Assembly (NCBI GenBank): GCA_951406725.2
Contig: OX597814.1
Span: 64,604,001-64,668,000 of the forward strand
Source: Octopus vulgaris
Taxonomy: Eukaryota
Direction: 5' to 3'
DNA: 64,000 nucleotides
Program-made: the position numbers and the translations under genes
Notes under the pieces: model-generated
Told to the model about the DNA's origin: nothing
The model's input: only the letters and a program-made list of their open reading frames with translations
Databases searched by the model: none
Shown: positions 1 through 13,933 of the stretch, one piece after another
Numbering within the stretch: position 1 is the first letter of the stretch
How the letters are laid out: each line of letters begins with the position of its first letter

Positions 1-809
1 GTTGTGCTCTTGGAAGCTGTAGGGTTACCCGAGCATAAAAGTTGAGCATTTTTTCTAATTCAATGGTACAACAGTGTAACAGTTTGCTTTGACATACACT
101 TACATTGTGATTTCTGCAATGTGCTGCATAAATTGTGAAGTAAATGATAGGCATATTTGCCTCCACTGATTCAGTTGCAAAGTGTTGAGTAAAGTTATTT
201 GATTGCAGACCTCCTTTCAGTCTTTTTATTATCACTGGGTCACACATAGTCCCCAGATGGTAACATTGATTTCAAGGCCTTCCCAGATGAGTGACTGGTT
301 ATTCAAAGACGATTATAGATTGTAAATTTATTCTGTCCAGTTACATATCAGTATAGTGGTCATTTGCAAAATCCAGAGGTGACACTTTAATTAACCCTCA
401 CGTCACACAGTTGTTAATGTTGACTTCAGTTGGCTCACGCCCTTCCAATCGCTATAGATTCGTAATGCATCTTTACGGCTGTGCATGTCACCTGGATGGT
501 GGGGAATCCTACATTGGGAGTGGTACCGACTAGGGGAGGGTAACTGACTGCTTATTGTGATCATTCGCCTTTCGGTTTCCTGTAGCTTTGCTCTCTTTTA
601 CAAACACAGTGAACATATATTTCCTATTTCAAAGAAATTCAAACAATAGATATAAGACCCAAGTTAAAATGATTCTCAACAATTCAACTTCTCTGGTTGA
701 CATTAAGATGCCCACCCCCAACAGGAGCCTTAACTCTCACATTTTAGAGCTCCATGACCTTCATTTTTCAGGAGCAAAATCTTTTTAACAGGTTCAATAA
801 GACTGGAAT

Positions 810-1016
810 TTTAGAATATGCGCATAAAAATCAGTAGTATGGGATACATGTGGCACAATTACAACTTTTTTAGGGTGTGTAAAGAGGGAAATAACCCTCA
901 GCTGCAATTTTGATGAAATTCGAAACACAAATATTCCAGTTCATTATTGAAAATACAACAGAAAAGTCTAATTCTTCGATTGAATGTAACCGGGCAACGC
1001 CGGGTATCTCTGCTAG
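810..1016 (+). mobile_element. Helitron 3' end fragment
   Basis: Subterminal GC hairpin ccgggcaacgccggg, a short spacer, then CTAG|t at 1013-1016; same end motif as the Helitron ending at 25064. 5' boundary uncertain. Confidence 0.55.
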
Positions 1017-1514
1017 TAATATCATAAAATTTGTGTCGAGGAGAATAACAAACGTCAACTCCAGTAGAGACAGCACAAGAAGAAAGGCAGAGAAAGTGTG
1101 AGAGAGAAGACAAAGAGAAGAAGAGAGAAAAGAAAGACAGAGAGAGGGGGAAAGAGAAGTGAGAGAACTAGTGACATGTCCTACACGCATCTATATAGAC
1201 AAGTTGATTACAGTTGAAATGCATTTGATCGTAACCTAACTCTAAACAACGACGACGACGACGACGCGGCGGTAATGTTATTTGATATTTATACGTTTAC
1301 AGATATAAACGAAAATAATATTAGCAAAATGGAGGAGACATGTTGGGCCACCATTAATAAAAAGCAATAGGTTCGAACTGATCTTGACTCTTGTAAACAC
1401 AGCAATAAGAGCCATATATTAGTACAGACCATGTCATAGTGAAATTGATTCAGTTAAGGTTGAGCTTAATGGTGATATAGTCTACGAAGAGGAATTACAG
1501 AATTTGAAATATGT

Positions 1515-1670
1515 TATGGCTGTGTTGTTCAGAAGCTCTCTTTGCAAACACGTGGTTTGGGTTCAGTCCTGCTGCGCGGCCCTTACAGGAAGTGTCTGCT
1601 ACTATAGTCGATCAAGGCCTTCTAAGTGAATTTGGTAGACGGAAAATGAATGGAAATCCGTCGTACTTAT
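1515..1670 (+). mobile_element. tRNA-derived SINE, family A, degenerate 5' part
   Basis: Matches other copies (gggttcagtcc B-box-like segment, gtgaatttggtagacggaaa). Confidence 0.65.
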
Positions 1671-2447
1671 GCGTGTATGTGTGTGTGTAAGTAATAAATA
1701 TTCAAGCGAGGAGTATACCGAGGGCTACTCTTCAAGCCAAAGGTGTCTTGATTAATGAAGTTTACATTGTTGTATGGAGTTTCATGTTAACACACGAACT
1801 ATTCGATCCTTGGATCTTACATTTATATATATATAAATACATAAATACATATACGCGTGTGTGTGTGTGTGTGTGCATTTTTGTATCTATGTGCTAGTCC
1901 TCACCCCACAATAACTGAGCGATTCCTCATAAAGAGACTGTTGGATTATGAACCAGGCTTTAAAAAAAATAAGTACTAGGGTCGACTCAGTACTTCAAGA
2001 CGGTAACCTAGCAAGGCCGCAGTCCAATGACTGAAACCAGTAAAAGTAAGAGTTGAGTGCTGGGGAGGGGGAATAATGTAATCACCTCCCTCCCCTCAAA
2101 GTTTCAGATCATGGAGCTGTAGTCGAAAGGATTATTATTCTATGCATTAAACTTATTGATGAATACCAAAATTATTGATGAATATTGCCAACGTTATAAT
2201 TATGTATAAATTGAGATTTTCTCGCGAAAATATCTTCACAATTCTTGGATACGTTTTTGCCTGTATTTTCTTTTTATTTACTTTTAACCTCATTGTAGTT
2301 AGGAAGTTCTCTTTGCTGTTATGTGCGTGCGTATGTGTATGTTTCATCTATATTTTAATTATTATAAATCTTCCGATGAGGAGGAAGCCGGTTTCCAACA
2401 AACAAGCCCGTTGTATATGTATATCAATATGTATGTGATCTTTTTTT

Positions 2448-2668
2448 GCATGTGTTTGTCCCTCACCATCGCTTGACAACCGGTGCTGGTGTGTTTACGG
2501 CCGTATAACTTAGCGGTTTGGCAAAAGACGCCAATAGAATAAGTACTAGGCTGAAGAAAAAAATGTCCTGGAGTCATTCGTTCAACTAAAGCCTCCTAAA
2601 AGGCGGTGCTCTAGCATGGCCGCAGTCTAATGACTGAAACAGGTAAAAGATAAATAAAAGTAAAAGAT
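2448..2668 (+). mobile_element. SINE family A 3' module
   Basis: catcgcttgacaacc...aataagtactaggct...ggcggtgct..agcatggccgcagtc..atgactgaaaca, repeated many times in the window. Confidence 0.8.
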
Positions 2669-2876
2669 ACATGCATGTATAACAGTTTACAGACCTGTCT
2701 ACTTCATGAACGGACGGGGAAAAAACTCCCAGAATCGAATCGTATGAATAATTGATGGAAGTTTTAATTGCCTTTATGCTTGCGAGAGAGATATAGAGAG
2801 ATAGAGATAGAAAGGGAGAGGGGGCGAGAGTATATGTGTGAGCATGCATGTTTGTATGTATTACGTATTTGGAAGG

Positions 2877-2886
<10 letters not shown>

Positions 2887-2946
<60 letters not shown>
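2887..2946. repeat. (TG)n microsatellite (representative of dozens)
   Basis: Direct observation. Confidence 0.97.
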
Positions 2947-2948
<2 letters not shown>

Positions 2949-3340
2949 TGTGTGTGTATGTGCGTTTGTGTGTATGTATTTATGAGGCATATGCACGTTG
3001 TTCGCGATATCGCGATAGGGGAGGGAGAGAATGGCGGGAAGTTTCGTCATTATACGCCGTAGAGAAACAGAATCTTTTTTGTGCTTGAGTGTTTTTTGTA
3101 TGCGGTTCAATCTCTGTGAGTGTGTGTATGTTTGCGAGACAGAGGAGGTGGGGAGAGAAAGAGAGCAAGAGTGAGAATGTTTGCGTGTTGTATGTCAGGA
3201 AATAGTGTGACATATGTTGGCTTCAATGCGGTTTTTGCGGTACAAGTACATAGAGGTGACAGTATTATTGAATCGTGGCATATAATGAGCCTACATCTGT
3301 CTGATATATATGTGTGTATATACATATGTGTATATGTGTG

Positions 3341-3412
<72 letters not shown>
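3341..3412. repeat. (TATC)n microsatellite
   Basis: Direct observation; similar (GATA)n tracts at ~4310-4395, 10700-10772 and 59768-59846. Confidence 0.97.
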
Positions 3413-4309
3413 AATCTCTACTATGTATGCATGTATATAAGGGTATTTTTATATCTTCGTTGTTTTATACTATAGTTTTTGTTTTATTTTGTTTATTGTT
3501 ATAGCCAAGGTATTGTTACACCTCCTCTACCATCACCCCAACTTTTGAATTTGGTAATTGTACTGGTGATTCTGGTGCCGATATTGTGACAGTGTTGCGG
3601 ACCAGAACAACAACAACGACAACAACAACAACAACAACAACAGCAGCAGCAACAACAACAACAACAACAGCAGTAGCAGCAACAAAAACAACAACAACAA
3701 CAACAATAATAACTGTGTAAAGACATCGAGCAATACAATAACAGTGGTGCAGAATTTACATAGAAAAGATGCATATAGGAATATTATATACCAAGAAAGG
3801 TAACAAAAAATTACAAAAATTTCCAATACGGGTATACGTTACCGAAGGTAAATCAAGTAACCTTGCATATCGTTGATAAGTTTGACCACCTCGGACAATT
3901 GCATCGTTCTAAATACCTTTTCTTCGTCGATAGTCACATGTTTAGAATAGGCCTGTTGATTCGGGCTTTACTTGCCACTCTTACTTAAATGAGGAGAAGT
4001 CAGTACTTCTCTCTTTTCCCCTTATTTACCCCAAGCGATATTTGGAAAAGTTGATGAGGGGGTTGACTGAAGTGGAAAATGGCTATCTTTATTTCTTTCT
4101 TTCGTGTTCAATATGCAACCACTTTCGCCATAGCCACCAGACAGTGGAAAACTGCCTACCTTTTTTGCCAATAAAATGAGAGGGAGAAGACGATTTTCAT
4201 AGTCGGTGTGCCGATAAGAATGGTCAAATATATACAAATACTCTTTAAAAAAAGAAAGAAAACACACACACATGCACGAACGCACACACACACACACACA
4301 CAGATAGAC

Positions 4310-4408
<99 letters not shown>

Positions 4409-4468
4409 GATTTAATATATCGAACAATGAAAATGAGTACTTAACACCGCATTAGTGGATATAATTTA

Positions 4469-4523
<55 letters not shown>

Positions 4524-5024
4524 AAATATACATACATATATACATATATGTATATATATATACATATATGTATATATATACATATATGTATATATATACA
4601 TATATACATGTATGTATGTATGTATGTATATATGTGTGTGTGTGTGTGCGTGTCTGTACATACATTTTGACCAAGAAGAATTGATGTCACCACATGGTAT
4701 ACAACGATCATTAGGTCTTTCCTCTCTGATCCATAACAACCTCTCGCTGGAGGGTCAGCAGAGATGATCAAATCACTGCTCGTCTCTTCTTGGATTCCAG
4801 CTTAACTCCTTCCTCTTGTCTCTTAACTAGCAACCAGCTCTTGCTGTTGACTTTCTCTTCCCATGCAGGGATACATTTTGCTATCATCTTTTTATTCCAA
4901 TGGCTGTAAACATTATCCATACTGAGTAGCAGGAAATTTCTTACAGCCAACTTCGACGATGGATATTAAGTTGCTGTTTGAATCGGCATATAAGTGGTTT
5001 CATACATAATTCTCAAACCGATAT

Positions 5025-5430
5025 AGCAGAAACGTTAAGCCAGCCGGGCGAAATACTTAGCGGTATTTTATCTGCCGTTACGTTGTGAGTTCAAATTCCG
5101 CCGAGGTCGACTTTGCCTTTCATCCTTTCGGGGTCGATGCATTAAGTACCAGTTACGCACTGAGGTCGATGTAATCGACTTAATCCCTTTGTCTGTCCTT
5201 GTTCGTCCACTCTATGTTTAGCCCCTTGTGGGTGGTAAAGAAATAGGTATTTCGTCTGCCGTTACATTCTGAGTTCAAATTCCGCCTAGGTCGACTTTGC
5301 CTTTCATCCTATCGGGGTCCCTAAATTAAGTACCAGTTGCATACTGGGGTCGATCTAATCGACTGGCCCCCTTCTCAAGAAGGCCCCTTTCCAAAAAGAC
5401 CCCCTTCCCTTGTGCCTAGAATAGAAAAGT
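5025..5430 (+). mobile_element. Two tandem tRNA-derived SINEs, family B (MetaSINE-like core)
   Basis: gagttcaaattccgccgaggtcgactttgcctttcatcctttcggggtcga...aagtaccag occurs twice; B-box GTTCAAAT; the core resembles the MetaSINE domain (from memory). Confidence 0.8.
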
Positions 5431-5617
5431 AAAGAATTCTTAGACCGAACCAGCATAGCATAGTGTGCTATGAGCTATCCTTTTGAATTACACGCAAAGT
5501 CCATCCAACAAATTTCTATTCACATCCCTCTCACTCACAAACGAAGGGTCTACTTAAACTTGCATAGAATGTCACTGATTTTAGTGATCACTGCACCTGT
5601 GCGTGCATGAGTGTGTA

Positions 5618-5678
<61 letters not shown>

Positions 5679-5876
5679 TTGTGTGTGTGTGTAGATTTAT
5701 AAATTACAAAGGAACGGGAACTTAGGCAAAGAGGTCCATTAGCTTATAGCAATTTCTGCTCAAAGACGCACTGCACTCAGAGTTGAGTGCATGTGCATCA
5801 CCGTGTAGGTACCTCTAATACCAGATTATTAATATCACAATTTTCAAAGTGACAAGTTATATATGTATGCATTATG

Positions 5877-5911
<35 letters not shown>

Positions 5912-5918
5912 GTATGTG

Positions 5919-5969
<51 letters not shown>

Positions 5970-6037
5970 GCATATGCATATATACATACATACATACATA
6001 CACACGCGTGCGCACACGCACACACACACACACACAC

Positions 6038-6237
6038 AGTTAATCCAAACATGAAAACACAACAACACGAGGACGTGGAACAAGCATAGTGTTATTGGAC
6101 GCTCAGGCAAGGAAAGAAAAATGGAGGATATTAACGTTTCTAGCGGAGCCCTTCATCAGAAACATATAAAAAGGAAAGGTCCAAGGAAGGGAAGACGGAG
6201 AAAGAAAATCGCCAGCGATACACACCCAGTCACATAT
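6038..6237 (-). mobile_element. Penelope-like pLTR relic with degenerate minimal hammerhead (6128-6164)
   Basis: Minus strand gttt-CTGATGA-A-gggc-tcc-gcta-GAAA-CG-T-T-aata; between microsatellites; second copy at 51846-52050. Confidence 0.65.
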
Positions 6238-6267
6238 TGAAATCATATATATATATTTATATATATG

Positions 6268-6420
<153 letters not shown>

Positions 6421-6439
6421 TGAAATCACACACACACAC

Positions 6440-6477
<38 letters not shown>

Positions 6478-6483
<6 letters not shown>

Positions 6484-6550
6484 CATCGATTCTCGTCAGA
6501 TTACCCAAGTTAAGCAACGCCAAGCCTAGTTAGTACTTAGACGGATGACT
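6478..6550 (+). pseudogene. 5S rRNA-derived fragment (pseudogene or SINE3-like head)
   Basis: ttctcgtcagattacccaagttaagcaacgccaagcctagttagtacttagacggatgac matches the central 5S rRNA including the A box (agttaagcaac) and C-box region; truncated at both ends. Confidence 0.8.
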
Positions 6551-6863
6551 ATATCTCACACTTTTACTGGCGGAGCTCCAGCATGACCACTGCTTTAGGC
6601 CTGAAACGTATGAAAGAATAAAAGAATGAACACAAGTGTGTGTATGTGTGCGTGTGTATTTGCATGTGAAGAAGCGACATTGTCATAAAATAGGTCATAC
6701 ATCATCTCACTCGGGGCGAATATCTCAGGTGATGAACTGCACGAGATTTTGATATAATGCATTCATTATTTTTAGTAACACAAAATAAATTCCCTTTAAG
6801 AAAAAGAACACAGCAACCAAGCTCACTCACATAGATATCCTTCCATATATGTATACAAACATA

Positions 6864-6904
<41 letters not shown>

Positions 6905-6909
<5 letters not shown>

Positions 6910-7270
6910 CGGTAAGAAGGTTGCTTCCTAACCACATGGTTCCATGTTCAGTCCCCCTGCGTAGCACCTTGGATAAGTGTCGACCAAAGCCTCGTGAATG
7001 GATTTGTTAGACGGAAACTGAAAGAAGCCCGTCGTATATATATATATGTATATATATTTATGCGTGTGTCTTTCTGTTTGTGTTTGCCCCCCACCTCCAC
7101 CATCGCTTGACAACCGATGTTGGTGCATTTATTTCAACGAAACTTACCGCTTTGGCAAAGAGACCAATAGAATAAGTACTAGGCTTAGAAAGAATAAGCT
7201 CTTCCACAAAAACCCTTTAAGGTGGTGCTCCAGCATAGCCGCAGTCAAATGACTAAAAGAATAAAAGAAA
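6905..7270 (+). mobile_element. SINE family A, near full length
   Basis: tRNA-like head (gtaagaaggttgcttcctaaccacatggttccatgttcagtccc), accttggataagt CORE-like segment, 3' module. Confidence 0.85.
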
Positions 7271-7293
7271 AACATAACAAAACAATATATATG

Positions 7294-7347
<54 letters not shown>

Positions 7348-7529
7348 TATGAAACAGTATAATATAAACCAGTGTAACTTGGATGGAACCATCCCTGTTA
7401 GAAGTTTATATCTTCAAATTGACTGAACACACACACATACACACATATATATACATAGACATACATATACATACATACACATACATACATACATACATAC
7501 ATACATACATACATACATACATACATACA

Positions 7530-7560
<31 letters not shown>

Positions 7561-8092
7561 GAGAATCTTTGAGAGAAACGGTTGGAGATTCATACCTCAT
7601 CTTGTAACACCGTAACGTGGATTAAACTTTGAGTATTTTCAAACGGCACACGAGAAAAGCACACAAAGAAACAGGAGATAAAATATGTCATTTTCTTATC
7701 ATTCCGGTTAAAGAGCAAGCAAGAAAGTATCAACTTCAGATCTCTGAGTAAATTGTTCTGGTGGGCAGTTCTGTTGAAGATAAAAGTTCCTTTTCTTGTC
7801 ATAGTTCTTGGTTATAACTACTTGTTTTAGTTCACTCCTTAGTAATGTAGTCAAGATGATAGAATTTCACGAAGGAGTGTCCTTGGGAAAATCGGTTGAT
7901 AGGTGATAAAATAAGTCATATTTAATTAAGCTCCTTTACGCTCTGAGTTCAATTTTTGTCCAGCGCAACGATGCCAATAATCTTTCTGGAAAAAGTGGTT
8001 GAGACAATATATTTGACTAAAACTTTGCAGGAGATGCATCTGCACGGTCGCTTATCATAAACTGAAACCATTAAAATATAAGTTTAGTCATG

Positions 8093-10196
8093 TTCAATTC
8101 AATTTTTATTGGCTCAAAAAGCAAAAGCAAGGCCATGTAGGGGGACAGGGAGGGTGGTCATATAAAGAGTTCAGGCCATTTCTGGTCAAGAGAGACTTTG
8201 AACCGAGCGGTCGTCGGTATCTTCACTATCTCGTCCGGCAGCTTATTCCACGGATCAGCAGCCCGGACGGAGAAAGCCCCTCTCCTTCGATTGAAATGAA
8301 ATCGTCGTAGATAAAGCTTTCCAGAGTGACCCACTAGCCCACGCTCTGGAGCAGGAGTGAAGAACAGCTCTTTCGAGAGGTTACACTTTCCGCTTATGAT
8401 GTTGTGAGCGAGAATAAGATCATCACGGCGTCGTCGTTTTTCGAGAGAACAAAGGTCGAGCGTCTTCAGCCTTTCTTCATAAGACAAATGCTTGAGACCA
8501 AGAACCATGCGGGTAACCAGCTTCTGGACTCTTTCGAGATGATGCATGTCTTTGAGGAGATAAAGAGAAGAGGCTTGAATCCCGTACTCCAATATGGGTC
8601 TCACCAGCGTGACATAGAGCGGAAGGAACATGGCTGCTGTGAGCATTCCGAATGACCGTCGAATCAAAAACAGAACTCTGCGTGCTTTGTTTGCAGCATG
8701 GACGCATTGGGTCGAAGGCGAAAAGGAAGAATCCACCAAGATACCCAGGTCCTTTACTTGGTCGGTCTTCTCCAGCAGCAGATGACCCGGCTCTAAATCA
8801 AGTTGAGTTGCAGGAGAGGAGCCAACAGGCAGATGACAGCACTTCGACACGTTCAGACACAGGTCCCATTCGTTTGACCATCTCCAAACTTGGTGGATGC
8901 ATCGGCGAAGATCATCTATATCATTGCGAGGAGCAACCAGTTTGACATCGTCGACAAATAGAATGGTATGTTGCGTGAGGTCGTCGGGTTAGGGTTAGGG
9001 TTAGGGTTGATGAAGACTAAAAACAATAACAGCCCAAGCACTGAACCTTGAGGCACGCCACTGCTCGCACTGGAGACGTCGGACAGCGAACCATTAACTT
9101 GGACTTGGAAGGAGCAATCTGAGAGGAAGGCACCAACCCATCGTACAATATCCGGATGGAAACGATATGCTTGAAGCTTGACAAGTAATATGCGGTGGTT
9201 AACTGAGTCAAAAGCTTTGGCAAAGTCCAATAAAACGATGTCAACAGCATCACCATCATCCAGGATACGCGTCACCAATTCTTCCATTACCAGTAAGTTG
9301 GTCAAGCATGATCTCTTCGGCACGAAGCCGTGTTGGGAATCAGAGATAGAAGCTGTGTTTTGGAGGTGGAGCAACATACTTTTTTTGAGGATGGTTTCGA
9401 ACATCTTGCTGATTATTGAAGTAAGGGAAACCGGTCGATAGTTAAGCGGGTCTTCGCGCCTCCCTTTCTTGAAAATCGGGCAGATTATCGCTGTTCTCCA
9501 GTCCGCAGGTACAACACCCGTCGCCAATGACATATTGAATAGAAGTGTTAAAGGTTCGCAGATGACCGGAGCCAACGCTTTGATAACCTGTGGGTGTATG
9601 CCGTCAGGGCCGTGACCCTTGTTGACATTGAGGCCTTGAATAACGCGTTCGACTTCGTCACGAGTGATGACCAATCTAGGCATAGGAGGTACCGATCTAT
9701 TAAATGGAGGGGGTTCACGACTATCATCCTGATTGAAAATTGTCGGAAAAGCCTCGGCAAATAACTGACTCTGCTGATAAGGGTCCTCAATCGATACGCC
9801 TGTTGAGTCTACTAACGTTGCAATTTGGTTGTTCAATCGGGAAATCCGTTGGACATGGGCAATGAAAGTTTTTAGATTGCGACTGGCATTTGCCGCGATT
9901 CTGCATTTATATCTGAAGCGTTCTTCCTTTTCAATTTTCACGGCTAGGTCTCGTTGAGTTTTGTACACCTCAAAAGCTGCAGTCGAATCTTGATTTTTGA
10001 ATTCAGCCCAAGCAATATCTGTGAGTCGAAGTTCTCGTTTAACCTTCTTCGTCACCCAGGGCTTGTGTTTTTCCTTCTTGGGAAGCCCAACGGGAACTGC
10101 TTGGTCAGTCAACCAGTTTACATATGCTTTGAGGGACGACCATAGTTCGTCAACTGAGGACATCGTCATCAGAGATCGCCAGTTGTACCACGTCAT
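8093..10196 (-). mobile_element. 5'-truncated CR1-type LINE; ORF2 reverse transcriptase pseudogene
   Basis: ORFs 8916-10196 and 8158-8850: NYRPVSLTS, QHGF, DFAKAFDSVNH, GVPQGSVLG, shifted FVDD, KDLGILVD, CR1-type C-terminus (LERVQK...WNKLP); short 3' UTR ending in aattgaattga. Confidence 0.93.
8986..9008 (+). repeat. Interstitial telomeric repeat (TTAGGG)n inside LINE RT
   Basis: gggttagggttagggttagggtt interrupts the FIN|DL motif. Confidence 0.9.
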
Positions 10197-10344
10197 ATGT
10201 AAATTGTGATTGATTCTCGTCTTATGATTAATTCGTTATACACAAACTGTACGGAATCATATGTGTGCGAGTAAACATGCGCATATCCATGTGTGTGTTG
10301 TGTGTGTGTGTGTGTGTGTATGTTTATGTATATATATATATAAC

Positions 10345-10487
10345 ATTCTTTTATTTGTTTACTTGTTTCAGTCATTTGCCTGCGGCCATGCTAAAGCACC
10401 GCCTTTTTAGTCGAACAAATCGATCCCAGGGCTTATTCTTTGTAAGCCTAGTACTTATTCTATCGGTCTCTTTTGTCGAACCGCTAC
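10345..10487 (-). mobile_element. SINE family A 3' module
   Basis: Reverse complement of the family A tail. Confidence 0.8.
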
Positions 10488-10560
<73 letters not shown>

Positions 10561-10564
<4 letters not shown>

Positions 10565-10685
10565 GGAGTAAACACATAAATGTGAAACAAGGTGGAAAAA
10601 AGAGTACTAGAGTAATATGCTTTATTTAAAGCAGCAGAAAATTCAACAAAACCTGTTACTCTGAGTTTCCCCTTGCCGTTCATCA
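10561..10685 (-). mobile_element. Penelope-like pLTR relic with truncated hammerhead (10652-10685)
   Basis: Minus strand TGATGA-acggcaaggg-GAAA-ctc-a-gag-TA-acagg, cut off by (TA)n. Confidence 0.5.
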
Positions 10686-10698
10686 TATATATAGATAT

Positions 10699-10773
<75 letters not shown>

Positions 10774-10800
10774 TGTATATGTATATAGAGATATACATAT

Positions 10801-10985
10801 ACTGTTGTGTCTGGAGAGAGTCATTTTCTTTTTGTGTCTTATAATTTAACACACTCACCGGTAAAATTTCCACTTATTTCTTATTTGAAAATAAAAATAA
10901 AAATAAGAAATAAGTGGAAATTTTACCGGTGAGTGTGTTAAATTATAAGGCACAAAAAGAAAATGACTCTCCCCAGACACAATAG
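10801..10985. repeat. Inverted repeat, ~85-bp arms, 14-nt spacer
   Basis: 10801-10886 is the near-perfect reverse complement of 10901-10985; adjoins GATA/TA microsatellite. Confidence 0.9.
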
Positions 10986-11248
10986 AATATGCTTCAACAC
11001 ACGAACTCACATGGAGAAAGAAAACAGTATAGAGAAGAAATTTGCATCTCACTTAAAACTCACTTAAAAATAGATGCGTGGCGCTCGGTTAAATAATAAA
11101 TAGTAAATAATATATCCTATTTTCAGAAAAATTTATTTACTGATCACCGAAATTAGAAATATGAGACATGAGCGGTGGTGGAGCGATATAGTGGTCGTAT
11201 ACTGTCAACTCAATGTGACAGTCCCGGAAGGGAATAATTACACCACCG

Positions 11249-11365
11249 CAGGCTCGAAACGTAAAAGACTTGTTTTATTTATATTCCTGAGCGCCATACT
11301 AAAACAATTGTTTGTTTGTACTCCACCTGCCTTCGTCTTTTGTTTATTTTCATAAAGCTTCCCGT
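11249..11365 (+). mobile_element. Truncated copy of the pLTR family at 57205-57385
   Basis: ggctcgaaacgtaaaagacttgttttattt...ttcccgttatata shared with 57270-57385; only the 3' half of the hammerhead remains. Confidence 0.7.
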
Positions 11366-11591
11366 TATATATATATATATATATATATATATTTCGACGA
11401 CAATATGAGTCTTCAAAGACAGTTGCTCCCATGAATTCTAAAATAAAATTTAGGATTTATGGAAGGTCAAATTTGGAAACGGTGGAGGCATACAAGGAAA
11501 CTGAACGAAAACAAACATTGAGGGTCGTTCAAAAGAACGGACACAGGTCACAATATATATATAAAACACCCAGACACCCACCCACCCACGC

Positions 11592-11628
<37 letters not shown>

Positions 11629-11639
11629 TACACACACAC

Positions 11640-11800
11640 ACGATCGGTTTCCGCACAGTTTCTGTCTACCTAATTCCATTGACAAGGTACTGAGCAGCTT
11701 GAAGCTTTAATAGAATACATTTGCTTGAGACGCCGGGCAATCTAACTGAACTTAGGACTGCATGTTTGCAAAGCGGATTTACTAACCACAGAATCAAACC
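11640..11800 (-). mobile_element. Degenerate SINE family A
   Basis: cagtttctgtctacctaattcca...aactgaac...catgtttgcaaagc matches the family A head. Confidence 0.55.
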
Positions 11801-12714
11801 TATGCTTTCTCCTATTGGTAAAAATAGGGTCTGCTTTGAGGAAGGATTGCTTGTTAGTTCATTCTGCTGTTTTGCCAGAACGAAAAAACATCTGTCATCG
11901 CAGGTTGTCTATCAGTGACCATCCCCAGCAATACTGTATTCATTGTATTTTTCTTTATCTGAATAGAGAGACTGCGAATTAAAGGCGGTTTGGTTGTTAT
12001 ATATAGCAGATTGAGCGGTGTCTTCTATAAGGCCGGTAGAAGTTGACATACTGGTATTTCTAGCAGGTCATGCAACTGGCGTGACAGATCTTTCGTTCAC
12101 TCAAATTCTCGTCGTCCTTCTGGTTGTTATTGCGTTCATTTTTGTTATTATTGTTGGCCTAATTCTTAGTGCCTTTGTACCTATTTGGTTTTGTAGTCTG
12201 ACCACACCCACAGAGATTGCTCTGACAGCACTAATATATATTATCTACAAGACTAAGATGTGTACTGGTTGAAACCCGTATCATATCTGTAGAAGTTCTT
12301 GCTCTTTCTACACGTTCACCAACCCACGCCTCTCTCTTTCTCTGTTTCCCACCTACCCCTCTCTCACACAACCAGATCTTTCTCTCTCTCTGTACCTCTC
12401 CCTCTCTGTGCCCCCCTTTCTCTCTCTCTCTCTGTCTTTCTGTCTGCCTCTCCCCCACTCTCTGTTCATTTGTACCATAATCGCTTCTCCCATTAGTCCT
12501 TTTCTGTTTCTCTCTTTTTGTTTCATTTGATTCTTTGAACTTTCCGTTCACCGCACCCCAAATATATGTATATATATATGCTTGTGTATGTATGTGTGAG
12601 CGCGCGCGCGTGTGTGTGTGTGTTGATGCATACAAATACAGTTGAATGTAAATATATATACATGTGTATACATGTGTATATATGTAAGAATCATACGCTA
12701 AATTCTAGTTAATG

Positions 12715-12755
<41 letters not shown>

Positions 12756-13886
12756 TGTTTGTGTGTGTGTGTGTGTGTTTTTATGTGTTTGTATGTGTGA
12801 TGTATATAGTTTAACACTATTTCACCTTGGAAACAAATCGACCGCCTCCTTTCATGCTTATCAACTTTTATTTTGGCTTTTAATACTCTGATCCGCCACT
12901 TGTAGGAGGGTGCGGGGTAACTTCTCCACCTATTTACTTCGGCTTGGTTTGATGATGACGATGATGATGATGACGGTTGTGTTGCTGTATTGTTGTTGTT
13001 GTTTGTGGTGGTGGTTGTCAAAAGTACTAATGATAAAGATGAAGTTGTTTGTGATTATGATGATGATGAGATGTAGCTATTATCACCTTGTTTGTAGTTG
13101 TTATTATTCTTATTCTGTGTTATATGTTGTTCCTCTCCGCGTCGTCCTCTTCCTCCCCCTCACTCTATTCTCTCACCCTTCCTCTGTCTCTTTCGTTCTA
13201 TCTTCATCTTGTGTATGACATCAAGGAAAATGTCTTGTTTCTAGTAAAAAGCAAAAGAAAAAGAAGCACTCGCGCACACAACGCCTCCACCGACAGCAAC
13301 AACAACAACCACAAAGACAAACAAGATTACACAAAGCAACCATAACTACAACAACAACAACACAGCGAGACTAGTTTGTTGAAACATGCCTTTGATGCTC
13401 TACGTTATCACTTCGTGAAACATATGTAGTATTTCTGAATTTAGGTGGAATCATGGAAGGTATGTGTGTGTGTATGTGTGTGTGTATGTGTGCGCGTGTG
13501 TGTGCGTGTGTGTGAATGTGTCTATATATGTGTATATCTCCAGTTATATGCCTTTGTGTGTGTATATATATGTATATGCGTGTTTTCATGTGTGTGCTTG
13601 TTTGTGTGTGTATGTTTGTGTGTATGTATGTATGTGTGTTTGTGTTTGTGTGTGTGTGTTTGTGTGAGTGTTTGTGGATGTGTGTGTTTGTGTGTGTGTG
13701 TGTGTGTGTTCATGTAAGGATGTGTTTATATTTGTCTATGCAACTATGTGCGTATTTGTCTATGTGTGTTCGTGTATGCATTTATGTTGTGTGTGATATG
13801 AAAAGGGGAGTCAGTGTTAGAAGGAGGTTGGACAAGTTTAACTTATACACACACACATACACACACACGCACACACACACACACAT

Positions 13887-13933
<47 letters not shown>

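Noticed and set aside
545-590. HDV-like ribozyme 3' half on minus strand (cc-gaaa-gg-cgaa-tgatcac)
   Set aside because: No P1, P2 or P3 partners found upstream.
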